NCBI GenBank assembly: GCA_965222225.1 | Contig: CBDCTK010000002.1 | Span: 4,416,001-4,480,000, forward strand | Reading direction: 5' to 3' | DNA: 64,000 nucleotides | Source: Candidatus Poribacteria bacterium | Lineage (GTDB): Bacteria > Poribacteria > WGA-4E > JAJDTR01 | Shown: positions 9,252 to 20,827 of the stretch, one piece after another | How the letters are laid out: every line of letters starts with the position of its first letter | How positions within the stretch are numbered: the first letter of the stretch is position 1 | Notes under the pieces: generated by a model | The model's database searches: none | What the model saw: only the letters and a program-made list of their open reading frames with translations | What the model was told of the DNA's origin: nothing | Made by a program: the position numbers and the translations under genes

Positions 9252-11369
9252 ATGAACAAACCTCTAAAAGGTTTCATCACCTATTCGCATAAAGACGAAC
9301 AGAAAAGGAAAAAATTGCGGACGTGTCTTGCTGTAATGGAGCGGGCAGGCGAGGTGACAATTCGCGACGATAGTGACATCAACCCGGGCGGCAAAGCGCG
9401 TCAGGAAGACATTCTTAAAGAAGTTGCTGATTCGGATATTCTGCTTTATCTCGTTTCTACTGATAGCCTTGCATCTGGAAACTGTAACAGAGAGTTGACC
9501 GAGGCAGTGAGAGCCAACAGACGTGTTATCCCCATCATCCTTGAGAGTTGTGATTGGCTGAATGACCGACTCCACGGCTTCGGAGCTCTTCCGGACAAAG
9601 GCAAAGCCATAAACAAATGGAAACCTCAGAGTGATGGATGGCAGAATGTAGTGGATGGTATTCGAGAAGTTATTGAAGAAATGCAAGCTCAAGCGGATAC
9701 ATCATCCGGGACATCTGAAGAAGAACTACAGGCTAAATTGGCACTCAGATACGGTAACGACTTAATGATGATTGGACAAACCGACAGAGCAATAGAAAGC
9801 TATTCGCACGCAATTGAAATTGACCGAAATTATGCCGAGGCTTATAACAATCGCGGGGTTGCATACCAGAAAAAGGGCGACTTTAACCGCGCCATTACAG
9901 ATTTTACCAAAGTGATAGAGCTTAAACCCAATGATGCCGTAGCCTATACCAATCGCGGGGGCATTTATGGGGACACAGGTGATTATGACCGTGCCATCGC
10001 AGATGTTAATACCGCAATAAAACTCAAACCCAATTATGCCGGAGCGTATAATAATCGCGGGTTAGTTTATAATAATAAAGGAGATTTTAACCGTGCCATT
10101 GAGGATTATACGACGGCGATACAACTCGACCCGCATCATGCAATAGCCTATTGTAATCGTGGCATAGCTTACAACAGCAAAAATGAGTATGACCACGCCA
10201 TCAAAGACTTTAACGTGGCCATAGAACTCAAGCCAAACCTTGCCAACGCCTATTGCAATCGTGGCGGTGCTCACATTCATAAGGGGGATTATAACCGCGC
10301 CGTCGGCGACTTGGACACAGCAATAGACCTGAACCCCAATCTTGCAGAAGCCTATGCGGATCGTGGCGGTGCATACATTCATAAAGGGGATTATGACCGC
10401 GCCATCGCTGACCTGAACACGGCGATAGACTTGAAACCCGATAACACCGAAGCCTTTACCAATCGAGGCCTAGCCTTAATTCATGCAGGGGATTATGACT
10501 GTGCCATCGGCGACTTGAACACGGCAATAGGCTTGAAACCAGATCATGCCAGTGCTTATAACAATCGTGGACTAGCTTACGTTCATAAAGGCAATTTGAA
10601 CCGCGCCATCGTGGATTTTAACGTGGCGATAGACCTGAAATCTGATTTTGGCGAAGCCTATAACAATCGTGGAAGTGCTTACATTCATGAAGGGGATTAT
10701 GACCGCGCCGTCGACGACTTCAATGCGGCGATAGACCTGAAATCTAATGATGCCGGAGCCTATACTAATCGTGGTATTGCACAGGCCAAAAAAGGGAATC
10801 TTAATCTAGCCATTGGAGATTTTAATACAGCGATACAACTCAATCCCAATGATGCCATGGCCTATTCTAATCGCGGACAGACCTACAGTGATATAGGTGA
10901 TTATGATCGTGCTATCATAGACTTTGGCGCAGCGATACAATTGGACCCCCACAATGCCATCACCTACTACAATTGTGGTATCGCTTATAACAACAACGGA
11001 GAATACGAACACGCCATCGCAAACTTTGACATGGCCGTAAAGCGGAATCCCAATTTTGCAAACGCCTATCATCTTCGGGGTATTGCCTACAGAAACCAAA
11101 GGAAATTTAGCCCTGCCATAGCAGACTTCAGCAATGCGATTCAACTCAATCCGAATTTGCCGGGAGCCTATTGTAATCGCGGCGAGGCGCGGTTGCACCT
11201 ACGTGAATGGGAGAAAGCGAAATCAGACTTAATGGTTGCAAAGGATAAAGGCGTAGATATCATTGCTCCCTTTCGTATTTGCTACAAAGGCGTTGAGGAT
11301 TTTGAGCAGAAGAATAACGTGAAATTACCGGAAGACATTGTTGCGATGCTTACGCCACCGGCAGGTTGA
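9252..11369 (+). CDS. TIR domain plus about 15 tetratricopeptide repeats
   Basis: N-terminal FITYSHKD...SDILLYLVS.DSLAS..CNRELTEA...VIPIILESCDW (TIR_2-like); 34-aa AYxNRG...AIxDFxxAIxLxP repeats. Confidence 0.9.
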   Translation: MNKPLKGFITYSHKDEQKRKKLRTCLAVMERAGEVTIRDDSDINPGGKARQEDILKEVADSDILLYLVSTDSLASGNCNRELTEAVRANRRVIPIILESCDWLNDRLHGFGALPDKGKAINKWKPQSDGWQNVVDGIREVIEEMQAQADTSSGTSEEELQAKLALRYGNDLMMIGQTDRAIESYSHAIEIDRNYAEAYNNRGVAYQKKGDFNRAITDFTKVIELKPNDAVAYTNRGGIYGDTGDYDRAIADVNTAIKLKPNYAGAYNNRGLVYNNKGDFNRAIEDYTTAIQLDPHHAIAYCNRGIAYNSKNEYDHAIKDFNVAIELKPNLANAYCNRGGAHIHKGDYNRAVGDLDTAIDLNPNLAEAYADRGGAYIHKGDYDRAIADLNTAIDLKPDNTEAFTNRGLALIHAGDYDCAIGDLNTAIGLKPDHASAYNNRGLAYVHKGNLNRAIVDFNVAIDLKSDFGEAYNNRGSAYIHEGDYDRAVDDFNAAIDLKSNDAGAYTNRGIAQAKKGNLNLAIGDFNTAIQLNPNDAMAYSNRGQTYSDIGDYDRAIIDFGAAIQLDPHNAITYYNCGIAYNNNGEYEHAIANFDMAVKRNPNFANAYHLRGIAYRNQRKFSPAIADFSNAIQLNPNLPGAYCNRGEARLHLREWEKAKSDLMVAKDKGVDIIAPFRICYKGVEDFEQKNNVKLPEDIVAMLTPPAG

Positions 11370-12248
11370 GATTTGACAGACCGTTGCGCCTCCGAGGTAA
11401 TTGTGGAGGAAGGGATGGAAAACTGTCCGAATCACGGATTAAACAGAATACGCAGATTAGTGAATTTTTATCGATCAACTGGGCGGATAGATCGAACGAG
11501 CGATTAGCGAGTGATCAACTGAGCGATTAATGAAGGCGATAGAGATCCCATAGAGATCTTAAGGCGATAATTCCCCCATAGCGCCTTCCGTTCGACAGTG
11601 TTTATCCCGCGCCCTTCCAAATCTGATTGTTGACAAAAAGGCATTATTTCGTCAAATTTCGTCAAGTTGTGTCGTGTTTTGTCACGTAACCTTCGTTAGA
11701 AGCATTCACTTGAATCCGAGTTTCTACTTCAAAACCCGCGATCTTTATCGCAAAATCTTTTCGAGTGCACACCGCCGCCAAGCGGCAGAATAAATCCACG
11801 GAGCGAATAGATTAGCCACTTGACCTATTCAATCGTTCGATCGGTCATTTTCCATACATACCGAGTCGTCTCGACATGTATCGCGGCGAAAACTCTCGGA
11901 ATGGAGATGGGTTCAATTTGGCAAATGTCAACACGCTCTAGTACCCTTGAACCGGCTAGGGGATCGATCCGGTTTCAGAGTGTTGTTCCGAGGTCCATGC
12001 ACTGCATACCGCCGAGAAACTAGTCCTGGAACGGGTTCTCCCTGTTTCCTGTGACGCTTCGTTTCTCGCGTCTACTCTGAAAACTCTGAAAATCACATGA
12101 CCGCAGCCGCGTTAGATGAAGTGTCAGATTGAGTAAACCGCGGACGAGCCCTCACATCAGGCACACTTGCAGTAGGGTGGGCACTGCCCACCATCAGCAA
12201 ACGCCCAATGGCTGCTCAAATTAACGACATCCCATAAAGGAAAAAAAC

Positions 12249-15200
12249 ATGACAGAAAACCCCTCACTATTCCCGTCCGGCATCCGGGACAACCGCGAGC
12301 GGGGGACGGTCGGCAAGTTCCTTGAATCGCAGATTGAGAACGGGTCGTCGCTTTCGGTTGTCTCGGCGTACTTTACAATCTACGCTTTCGAGGCGTTGAA
12401 ATCGTCCTTACTTGGAATCAGTGACCTTCGCTTTCTGTTCGGCGAACCCCGATTCATCAAAAAGCTTGACCCCGACAAAACGGAAAAGAAATCCTTCGTC
12501 ATAGATAGCGACGGTTTGCAGTTGGAGAACCAGCTCCAACTCAAGCGTGTGGCACGGGAATGCGCCGAGTGGATTCAGGAGAAGGTGGAGATTCGGTCAA
12601 TCCGTGAATCAAATATGCTGCACGGGAAGATGTACCATATCGCCAAGAACGGCGTGGAAAACGCCATCCTCGGCAGCTCGAATTTTACCGTTCGCGGCTT
12701 GGGATTGAGTGAGTCAGGCAGCAATATTGAACTGAATCTGAAGGTGGCGGACGACCGCGACCGGAGCGATCTGAAGTTGTGGTTTGATGAACTGTGGAAT
12801 GATAAGAAACGGGTCGAGGATGTTAAGGAGGAGGTGTTGTCCTACCTTAACCAACTCTATGAGAATTACGCGCCGGAGTTTGTCTACTACAAGACGCTCT
12901 TTCATATTTTTGAGCGATTCTTGAGCGATCAGGAGGGACGGGGATTGCTGGACGAACCGGCGCAACTGGTCGATACGCAGATTTGGAAAGCGCTCTATGA
13001 ATTTCAGAAGGATGGCGTGAAGGGGGCAATCAACAAAATCTTGACGCATAACGGGTGTATCATCGCGGACAGTGTGGGCTTGGGCAAAACGTACGAGGCA
13101 TTGGCGGTGATAAAATACTTTGAACTGCGTAACGACAACGTGCTGGTGCTGTGTCCGAAGAAGCTGCGTGAGAATTGGACGCTCTACCAAGCATACACGG
13201 GAAACAAACTCAATCCGTTCCCCAATGACCGATTCGGTTACACCGTGCTGTCGCATACCGACCTGAGCCGGGAGGGAGGCAAGTCGGGGGATATCGACCT
13301 TTCGTCGTTCAACTGGGCCAACTACGGTCTGGTGGTTATAGATGAGTCGCACAATTTCCGAAACAACACGCCTGGAAAAAAAGATCGGGACGGCAACCTG
13401 ATACGCTTGAGCCGCTACAAGCGGCTGATGGAGGACATTGTCAAGAGCGGGGTAAAGACCAAGATGCTGTTGCTGTCGGCGACGCCGGTGAACAACGACC
13501 TACGAGATTTGCGGAACCAACTCTATTTTCTTACAGAGGAACGCGACGACGCTTTCAAGGACTCACTCGGTGTCGCCAACCTGAGAGAGACTATCACAGC
13601 CGCCCAAACGGCGTTCAACAAGTGGGCGAAAGAGGACGGTGCGCGTAACAGTCAGAAGTTGCTGGAGGAACTGAGTACTGCCTTCTTCAAGTTGCTTGAC
13701 GGGTTGACGATTGCCCGTTCGCGGAAGCAGATTCAGAAGTATTATCCCAAGTCGCTGAGAGAACTTGGCGGCTTCCCGGAACGCAGTAAGCCAGTTTCGC
13801 TTTCTCCGCCTATTGATACACTCGGGGAGTTCATGTCTTACGACAAACTTAACGAGGAGATTTCCGAGTATCAACTCTCCTTGTACAATCCTACCAAATA
13901 TCTCCGACCCGAATACCAGTGCGAATATGACCTAGAGCCCGTCAGAAACTTTACGCAGAGCGACCGCGAGCACTTTCTAATCGGCATGATGAGGGTAAAC
14001 TTCCTCAAACGCTTGGAAAGCTCCGTTCGCTCCTTTAGGATTACGTTGAAGCGTACGCTTGATAAGATTGAGGAGTTGGAGGCGCGTATCCGACGGTTTC
14101 AGGAGTATCGCGCCGGAAATCCCGACCTGGATCCGGCGGAGATGGAGATTGACGCCGATGATGACGAAGAACTACAGGCGGCGTTCGAGGTGGGCAAGAG
14201 CCTAGTGTTCAAGATGGCGCACCTTGATGTTGAGCGGTGGTTAGAGGATTTGAAACAGGACAGGGAGCAACTTGAGGGGCCGTACCGCTCGGCAGAGAAA
14301 GTCAGCCCTGTCCGCGATGCCAAACTGGCGAAACTCAAGGAACTAATTGAGGCTAAGGTTAAGCACCCGACAATCACCAAGAATGGGAATCCCAATCGGA
14401 AGGTACTGGTGTTCACGGCTTTTGCGGATACCGCCGACTACCTCTACGGGGAGTTACATGAATGGGCACAGGCAGAATTGGGCATCCGCACCGGGATGGT
14501 GACGGGGGGCGCCATGCCCAACAGAACCACGCTTGGCAAGACCAACTTCATCGACATTCTCACCAATTTCTCGCCCATTGCAAAGAACCGCGCGCACGAC
14601 GATTCCATGCCCCAAGAAGCCGAGATTGACCTGCTCATCGGCACGGATTGTATCTCGGAAGGACAGAACCTGCAAGACTGCGATTACCTGATTAACTACG
14701 ACATTCATTGGAATCCGGTACGCATCATCCAGCGGTTCGGGCGGATTGACCGTATCGGGAGCGTCAATAAGAGCGTACACTTGGTAAACTTCTGGCCCAC
14801 TCCCGACTTAAACCGTTACATCAACCTGAAAAATCGGGTTGAAGCGCGGATGGCGTTGGTGGATGTCACGGCTACGCAGGGAGACAACTTGCTCGATCCG
14901 GACGCACTTCCCGACGTGATTGCGGGTGACCTCAAGTACCGCGACCAGCAACTCCTAAAACTTCAGGAGGAAATCCTTGACCTTGAAGAGTTTAACGAAA
15001 GCGTTGCCCTCAACGAGTTCACGCTGGACGATTTCCGCATGGAACTAATCAAGTATATTGAAAGTAACAGGAAGAAACTTGAAGAGGCACCCTTCGGACT
15101 TTACGCGGTTGTGCCGCCGCTTGCGGGAGATCCAATAATTCAACCCGGCGTCATCTTCTGCCTGCGACAGAAAACGGAATCGGAGGAGAACGAAAAGTTG

Positions 15201-15653
15201 AATCCTACCCAACCCTATTTCCTCGTCTATGTTCGGGAGGATGGCGTCGTGCGGTTTACCTTTGCGCAGCCGAAGCAGATTCTTGAGATGTACCGGCAAC
15301 TGTGTGCGACGAAAACTAGCCCGTATGACGAGTTGTGTGCGTTGTTCGACGAGCATACGGAGGACGGCGGCGACATGTCGCAATACGACAAACTACTCCG
15401 GGAAGCCGTGAGGTCCATTTCTTATACGTACGAGAAACGCGCCTTCAGCAGTCTGCGATCCGGTCGCGGTGGGGTTTTGCCACTCGAGTCAGAGCAGGTT
15501 GGCGACACGACGGACTTTGAGTTGGTGACGTGGTTGGTGATTAAGGACGGATCGTCTCCCACAAAGCTGAATGAGCTTCTGGATCAAGTGACAGAATACA
15601 AGATTCATGGTGAAGTAGACACCGGATCTCCGGTGGGGCGTGAAGAATGGTAA
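12249..15653 (+). CDS. PLD-family nuclease / SNF2-type helicase with a C-terminal MazE-like tail
   Basis: LHGKMY...GSSNF (HxK/GSxN), ADSVGLGKT, VIDESHNF, LSATP, ISEGQNLQ, QRFGRIDR; tail KLNELLDQVTEYKIHGEVDTGSPVGREEW. Confidence 0.9.
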   Translation: MTENPSLFPSGIRDNRERGTVGKFLESQIENGSSLSVVSAYFTIYAFEALKSSLLGISDLRFLFGEPRFIKKLDPDKTEKKSFVIDSDGLQLENQLQLKRVARECAEWIQEKVEIRSIRESNMLHGKMYHIAKNGVENAILGSSNFTVRGLGLSESGSNIELNLKVADDRDRSDLKLWFDELWNDKKRVEDVKEEVLSYLNQLYENYAPEFVYYKTLFHIFERFLSDQEGRGLLDEPAQLVDTQIWKALYEFQKDGVKGAINKILTHNGCIIADSVGLGKTYEALAVIKYFELRNDNVLVLCPKKLRENWTLYQAYTGNKLNPFPNDRFGYTVLSHTDLSREGGKSGDIDLSSFNWANYGLVVIDESHNFRNNTPGKKDRDGNLIRLSRYKRLMEDIVKSGVKTKMLLLSATPVNNDLRDLRNQLYFLTEERDDAFKDSLGVANLRETITAAQTAFNKWAKEDGARNSQKLLEELSTAFFKLLDGLTIARSRKQIQKYYPKSLRELGGFPERSKPVSLSPPIDTLGEFMSYDKLNEEISEYQLSLYNPTKYLRPEYQCEYDLEPVRNFTQSDREHFLIGMMRVNFLKRLESSVRSFRITLKRTLDKIEELEARIRRFQEYRAGNPDLDPAEMEIDADDDEELQAAFEVGKSLVFKMAHLDVERWLEDLKQDREQLEGPYRSAEKVSPVRDAKLAKLKELIEAKVKHPTITKNGNPNRKVLVFTAFADTADYLYGELHEWAQAELGIRTGMVTGGAMPNRTTLGKTNFIDILTNFSPIAKNRAHDDSMPQEAEIDLLIGTDCISEGQNLQDCDYLINYDIHWNPVRIIQRFGRIDRIGSVNKSVHLVNFWPTPDLNRYINLKNRVEARMALVDVTATQGDNLLDPDALPDVIAGDLKYRDQQLLKLQEEILDLEEFNESVALNEFTLDDFRMELIKYIESNRKKLEEAPFGLYAVVPPLAGDPIIQPGVIFCLRQKTESEENEKLNPTQPYFLVYVREDGVVRFTFAQPKQILEMYRQLCATKTSPYDELCALFDEHTEDGGDMSQYDKLLREAVRSISYTYEKRAFSSLRSGRGGVLPLESEQVGDTTDFELVTWLVIKDGSSPTKLNELLDQVTEYKIHGEVDTGSPVGREEW

Positions 15654-16006
15654 GACTGACCAACTACGTTCCACGACGCGGTGATGCGGTGTGGGTTGAC
15701 TTTAATCCTCAAGCTGGGCATGAGCAAGCGGGTCGTCGTCCTGCCGTAGTTCTTTCACCAGAGTCTTATAACGGAACTGTAGGTTTAGCAATTTTGTGCC
15801 CAATTACCAACAAAGTGAAGGGGTATCCCTTTGAGGTGGCTATCCCTCCCGGACTGGAGGTAACAGGCGTAATTCTTGCGGATCAACTCAAGAGCGCAGA
15901 TTGGCAAGTAAGAAATTCCGAGTTGATTTGTTCCTTGCCCATGAACACAGTGGACACGGTTTTGCAGAAAGTCCAAACGCTCTTGGGAAAAGATGATAAA
16001 CCATGA
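15647..16006 (+). CDS. mazF: MazF/PemK-family endoribonuclease toxin
   Basis: YVPRRGDAVWVDFNPQAGHEQAGRRPAVVLSP...CPIT..KGYPFEV closely resembles E. coli MazF; catalytic Arg and Thr positions retained. Confidence 0.95.
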   Translation: MVRLTNYVPRRGDAVWVDFNPQAGHEQAGRRPAVVLSPESYNGTVGLAILCPITNKVKGYPFEVAIPPGLEVTGVILADQLKSADWQVRNSELICSLPMNTVDTVLQKVQTLLGKDDKP

Positions 16007-16177
16007 TTGAATCCAAGTGGAACACTTGTCAATTCACGATGGTTTTTTGTCCTTTAAAACCAAACAAATCAGCAACTCAACATATCTTGGACAGATTGCA
16101 TGGGTGGTGATTAACCAGCGGTGCAGTGAGCGAAAGGGTGTACTGAACTTGGTGCTTTTTGATGGAGAGAATCTCGT

Positions 16178-17188
16178 ATGGCTCTTAAACGAAATGACAG
16201 ACTGAAATGGAATAGCCGATCGATATTGGAAGGTAACGGGCAGATAGGCGATCTTAGGCAGGAGATACCTCAATTTGCGGAAGCTCCGTTCAGCGTAGAA
16301 GACAGAGGGGAGAATAAATATCTAAGACTCATAGTAAGGGAACCTCTCAAGGAAGGTCAAGGATTCCTTTTCCCAAGCAACAACCAAGAGGAGTTGCAGA
16401 TTCCCGTTGCCACCGTCTCAAAACGGTACAAGCTAGTTCAACATCGTCATATAGTAATGTCATTAGAAATGGCGCTGAAAAGAGTTGGTCTGAACCCAGA
16501 ACGTCTTGAAGTCGGATTAACCCTGACAGAGTATGGCGAATGCATGCAGATTAGCTTCTTTATGCCCAACGATTCTCCGTACGCCTTTAATCTCGGCAAT
16601 GAAGACCATGTTTTACAAGTGAATGCATTGAATTCTGTGGATAAAACGACGAAACTGGAGATTAACCTAAGGTGGTATAGTCTTAATTCCCAAACCGGAA
16701 TGTTGGCGCGTCGGGATGCGAGATTGAAAAAAATTCACCTGAAATCGTCGAAATCACTTGAATCTGTCATTAAAGGATTCTTAGAAGAGCAACTTGCTCA
16801 AGCATCAGAGGACATACAACGATTCAGAGAGTGGTATCAAATCAAGGTTTCTTTCGAGCAGTTATCCCATGCGAAGCCTAGTCCAAGCCAAATTGAACAT
16901 TGGATAAAGCGATTCGTCGCTAGGAGATGGGGAGAACATTCAGCCAAAAGAGTGTACCGCATTGCAAGAGAAGGGATGGACCTCCCCAGTCCTCATGAAT
17001 CCCAATACACCAATCCAGTTCTTAGCTCTTTCGCTCCCGTGCGCAATGCCTACGATATCAGTCAAGTGTTAAGTTGGATTGCCAGCCAAGAAGGAACAAT
17101 ACAGAATCAACATGCCCGACGGATGGATATACCAGATTTGATGGAGGCCCTCATTAAAACACAAAAGCCGCTAACGCTGAGCGTGTAA
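16178..17188 (+). CDS. DUF932/DUF945-like protein (mobile-element associated)
   Basis: VATVSKRYKLVQH, a central NSVD.T segment, LKKIHLK and a C-terminal NAYDISQ resemble the DUF932 family pattern; recognised from memory, not searched. Confidence 0.5.
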   Translation: MALKRNDRLKWNSRSILEGNGQIGDLRQEIPQFAEAPFSVEDRGENKYLRLIVREPLKEGQGFLFPSNNQEELQIPVATVSKRYKLVQHRHIVMSLEMALKRVGLNPERLEVGLTLTEYGECMQISFFMPNDSPYAFNLGNEDHVLQVNALNSVDKTTKLEINLRWYSLNSQTGMLARRDARLKKIHLKSSKSLESVIKGFLEEQLAQASEDIQRFREWYQIKVSFEQLSHAKPSPSQIEHWIKRFVARRWGEHSAKRVYRIAREGMDLPSPHESQYTNPVLSSFAPVRNAYDISQVLSWIASQEGTIQNQHARRMDIPDLMEALIKTQKPLTLSV

Positions 17189-17232
17189 TACCATTTCTCT
17201 AAAATGACAATGCATCAATGGCGTGAATTAAA

Positions 17233-17257
17233 GTCGCGATTCGGAGATCGCTCCTAT
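17233..17257 (-). repeat. REP-like element (A/G)TAGGAGCGATCTCCGAATCGCGAC
   Basis: Second copy at about 21864-21892. Confidence 0.6.
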
Positions 17258-17291
17258 TGGGACCGCTGGATTACCACGTATTTGATGTAAA

Positions 17292-18281
17292 TCAAAACTC
17301 CATTAGCGTTGCGTCGTTGTTGAGGTAGGCTTGGATCCATGGGCGTACTCGCTCGCGCATGCTACCGGCGTCATGTAGATGCAACCAAAGCGTCATGCCG
17401 CGGAGGAAGGCAAGTTTGAGATGAGCGGTCAGTGAATTTCGCTCGGATTTCGTGAGGGGACAGACCGCTTCGTAGGCATCAAGAAAAACGGATTTCTGGT
17501 GGGGCGCTAGGGGCGTGTTTTGGTAGACGGCGGGGAAAAAGACCAGGGCATACGCGAGATCGAAGGTGCGATTGGCGGGTCGTGCGGTGTCGAGATCCAA
17601 GATAGCTTTCACCTTTCCTTCGGCATGAAATTTCAGGTTCTGTGCGCGGTAATCGCCGTGGATAATCCAATCTCCCTCGTCCGGCACGGGAAGTTCCGCA
17701 GCTAATCTCTCCACTTCGGTCTTCCACTCAGCAATCTGACTCTCCGATACCGGATAGCCTGCGGTTTGCGAGGCAGCGGTTCGTATTCGCTCAAGCCGTA
17801 GGCGCAACAGGTTGATGACTTCGTCGTGCATTGGCACCCACTTGAAGTCAACTGAGGGCAGAAAGCCGCGCAATTCATCGTGAATTCGGCACAAGATGTC
17901 GCCCGCAGATTGCAGCGCTCCCGTAGGTTTCGCAGTGTCGTAATTGTACCCATCCACAAATTCGGAAATCGCGTAGATTTCACTTCCTTCATTCGTTAGT
18001 GTGTCGCTGTCACGGTTTCGGAGGAGGCGAGGGATGGGGAAACCCCGATCCCAAAGATAATCCTGTGCCGCATGGGTGAAGGCGATGCGAGGGCGGTGCG
18101 TAGATGGGTTGAGGTTAAGGTCAGACGCAGGCTTATAGCGTTTTAGAAACAATTTACCCCGATCCGTATTGAGTGCCATGGTGGAACTCATGGCGCCTGT
18201 GCCTACCGGGATAGCCGTGGCAACTTTCAGTCGGTAGTTCTGGTGGATACTTGCCTCTTCGTGAGGCAAAAGGGGTTCCAT
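17292..18281 (-). CDS. APH / homoserine kinase type II-like phosphotransferase
   Basis: LFLKRY, Brenner motif IHGDYRAQNL, ILDLD, FDLAYAL. Confidence 0.85.
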   Translation of the reverse strand: MEPLLPHEEASIHQNYRLKVATAIPVGTGAMSSTMALNTDRGKLFLKRYKPASDLNLNPSTHRPRIAFTHAAQDYLWDRGFPIPRLLRNRDSDTLTNEGSEIYAISEFVDGYNYDTAKPTGALQSAGDILCRIHDELRGFLPSVDFKWVPMHDEVINLLRLRLERIRTAASQTAGYPVSESQIAEWKTEVERLAAELPVPDEGDWIIHGDYRAQNLKFHAEGKVKAILDLDTARPANRTFDLAYALVFFPAVYQNTPLAPHQKSVFLDAYEAVCPLTKSERNSLTAHLKLAFLRGMTLWLHLHDAGSMRERVRPWIQAYLNNDATLMEF

Positions 18282-18432
18282 TTGCTGGTGTGTTTACTTT
18301 AATTTCTTGTCCTCGACTAGGGTTGTTTCTCTTAGGATATTTTCAGTCGTGCCGAGTTCGTTGTCAAGTCTTATTCGGGATTATCTTCGATTTTATGATT
18401 GAAGATTTCATCCTACGAGGGTGTGGAGGGAA

Positions 18433-18463
18433 GAAACCGAGTTTTGAGGAAAAACTCGGTTTC
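18433..18463. repeat. Palindromic repeat GAAACCGAGTTTT-N5-AAAACTCGGTTTC
   Basis: Perfect 13-bp arms; related copy at 21793-21824. Confidence 0.65.
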
Positions 18464-18725
18464 AACCCGAGAAGGAAAATCGGTGATTTGATGATTTCAG
18501 ATTGTGCTATCTCGCGCTCGGAGTTTAGTTTCACTGGAATCTCTATCGCACAGGATTTTCTTTCGGAACTCTATCGCCCTCGCTATCCACTTGGTTGATC
18601 CTACAAAATCTGTTGCCTCATGATAAATCTTTGGTGTATGATGTGGAAAAAGACCTAGCTGTCGTTGGCGCTAGATTTGGAGTTGCGCGATTCAGGCTTC
18701 ACATTGTAACGTTAGATTTCCGTAG

Positions 18726-20747
<2,022 letters not shown>

Positions 20748-20827
20748 ATCATGTAAGGCTGCCACCGTAACCTTTACGCACTTCCAGCCTATTCGATCTC
20801 TCATTTCCTCATTCCACTCGAATCGGA

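Noticed and set aside
9750-11200. Regular 102-bp DNA periodicity resembling an array
   Set aside because: Explained by coding TPR repeats; no identical repeats with unique spacers, so not CRISPR
11820-12023. 67-aa ORF in the gap before the helicase
   Set aside because: TTG start, no RBS and no recognisable motif
5369-17188. Assigning the island to DISARM, BREX or Thoeris
   Set aside because: drmA/drmB, pglZ/brxC and a ThsA-type effector are not present in the window
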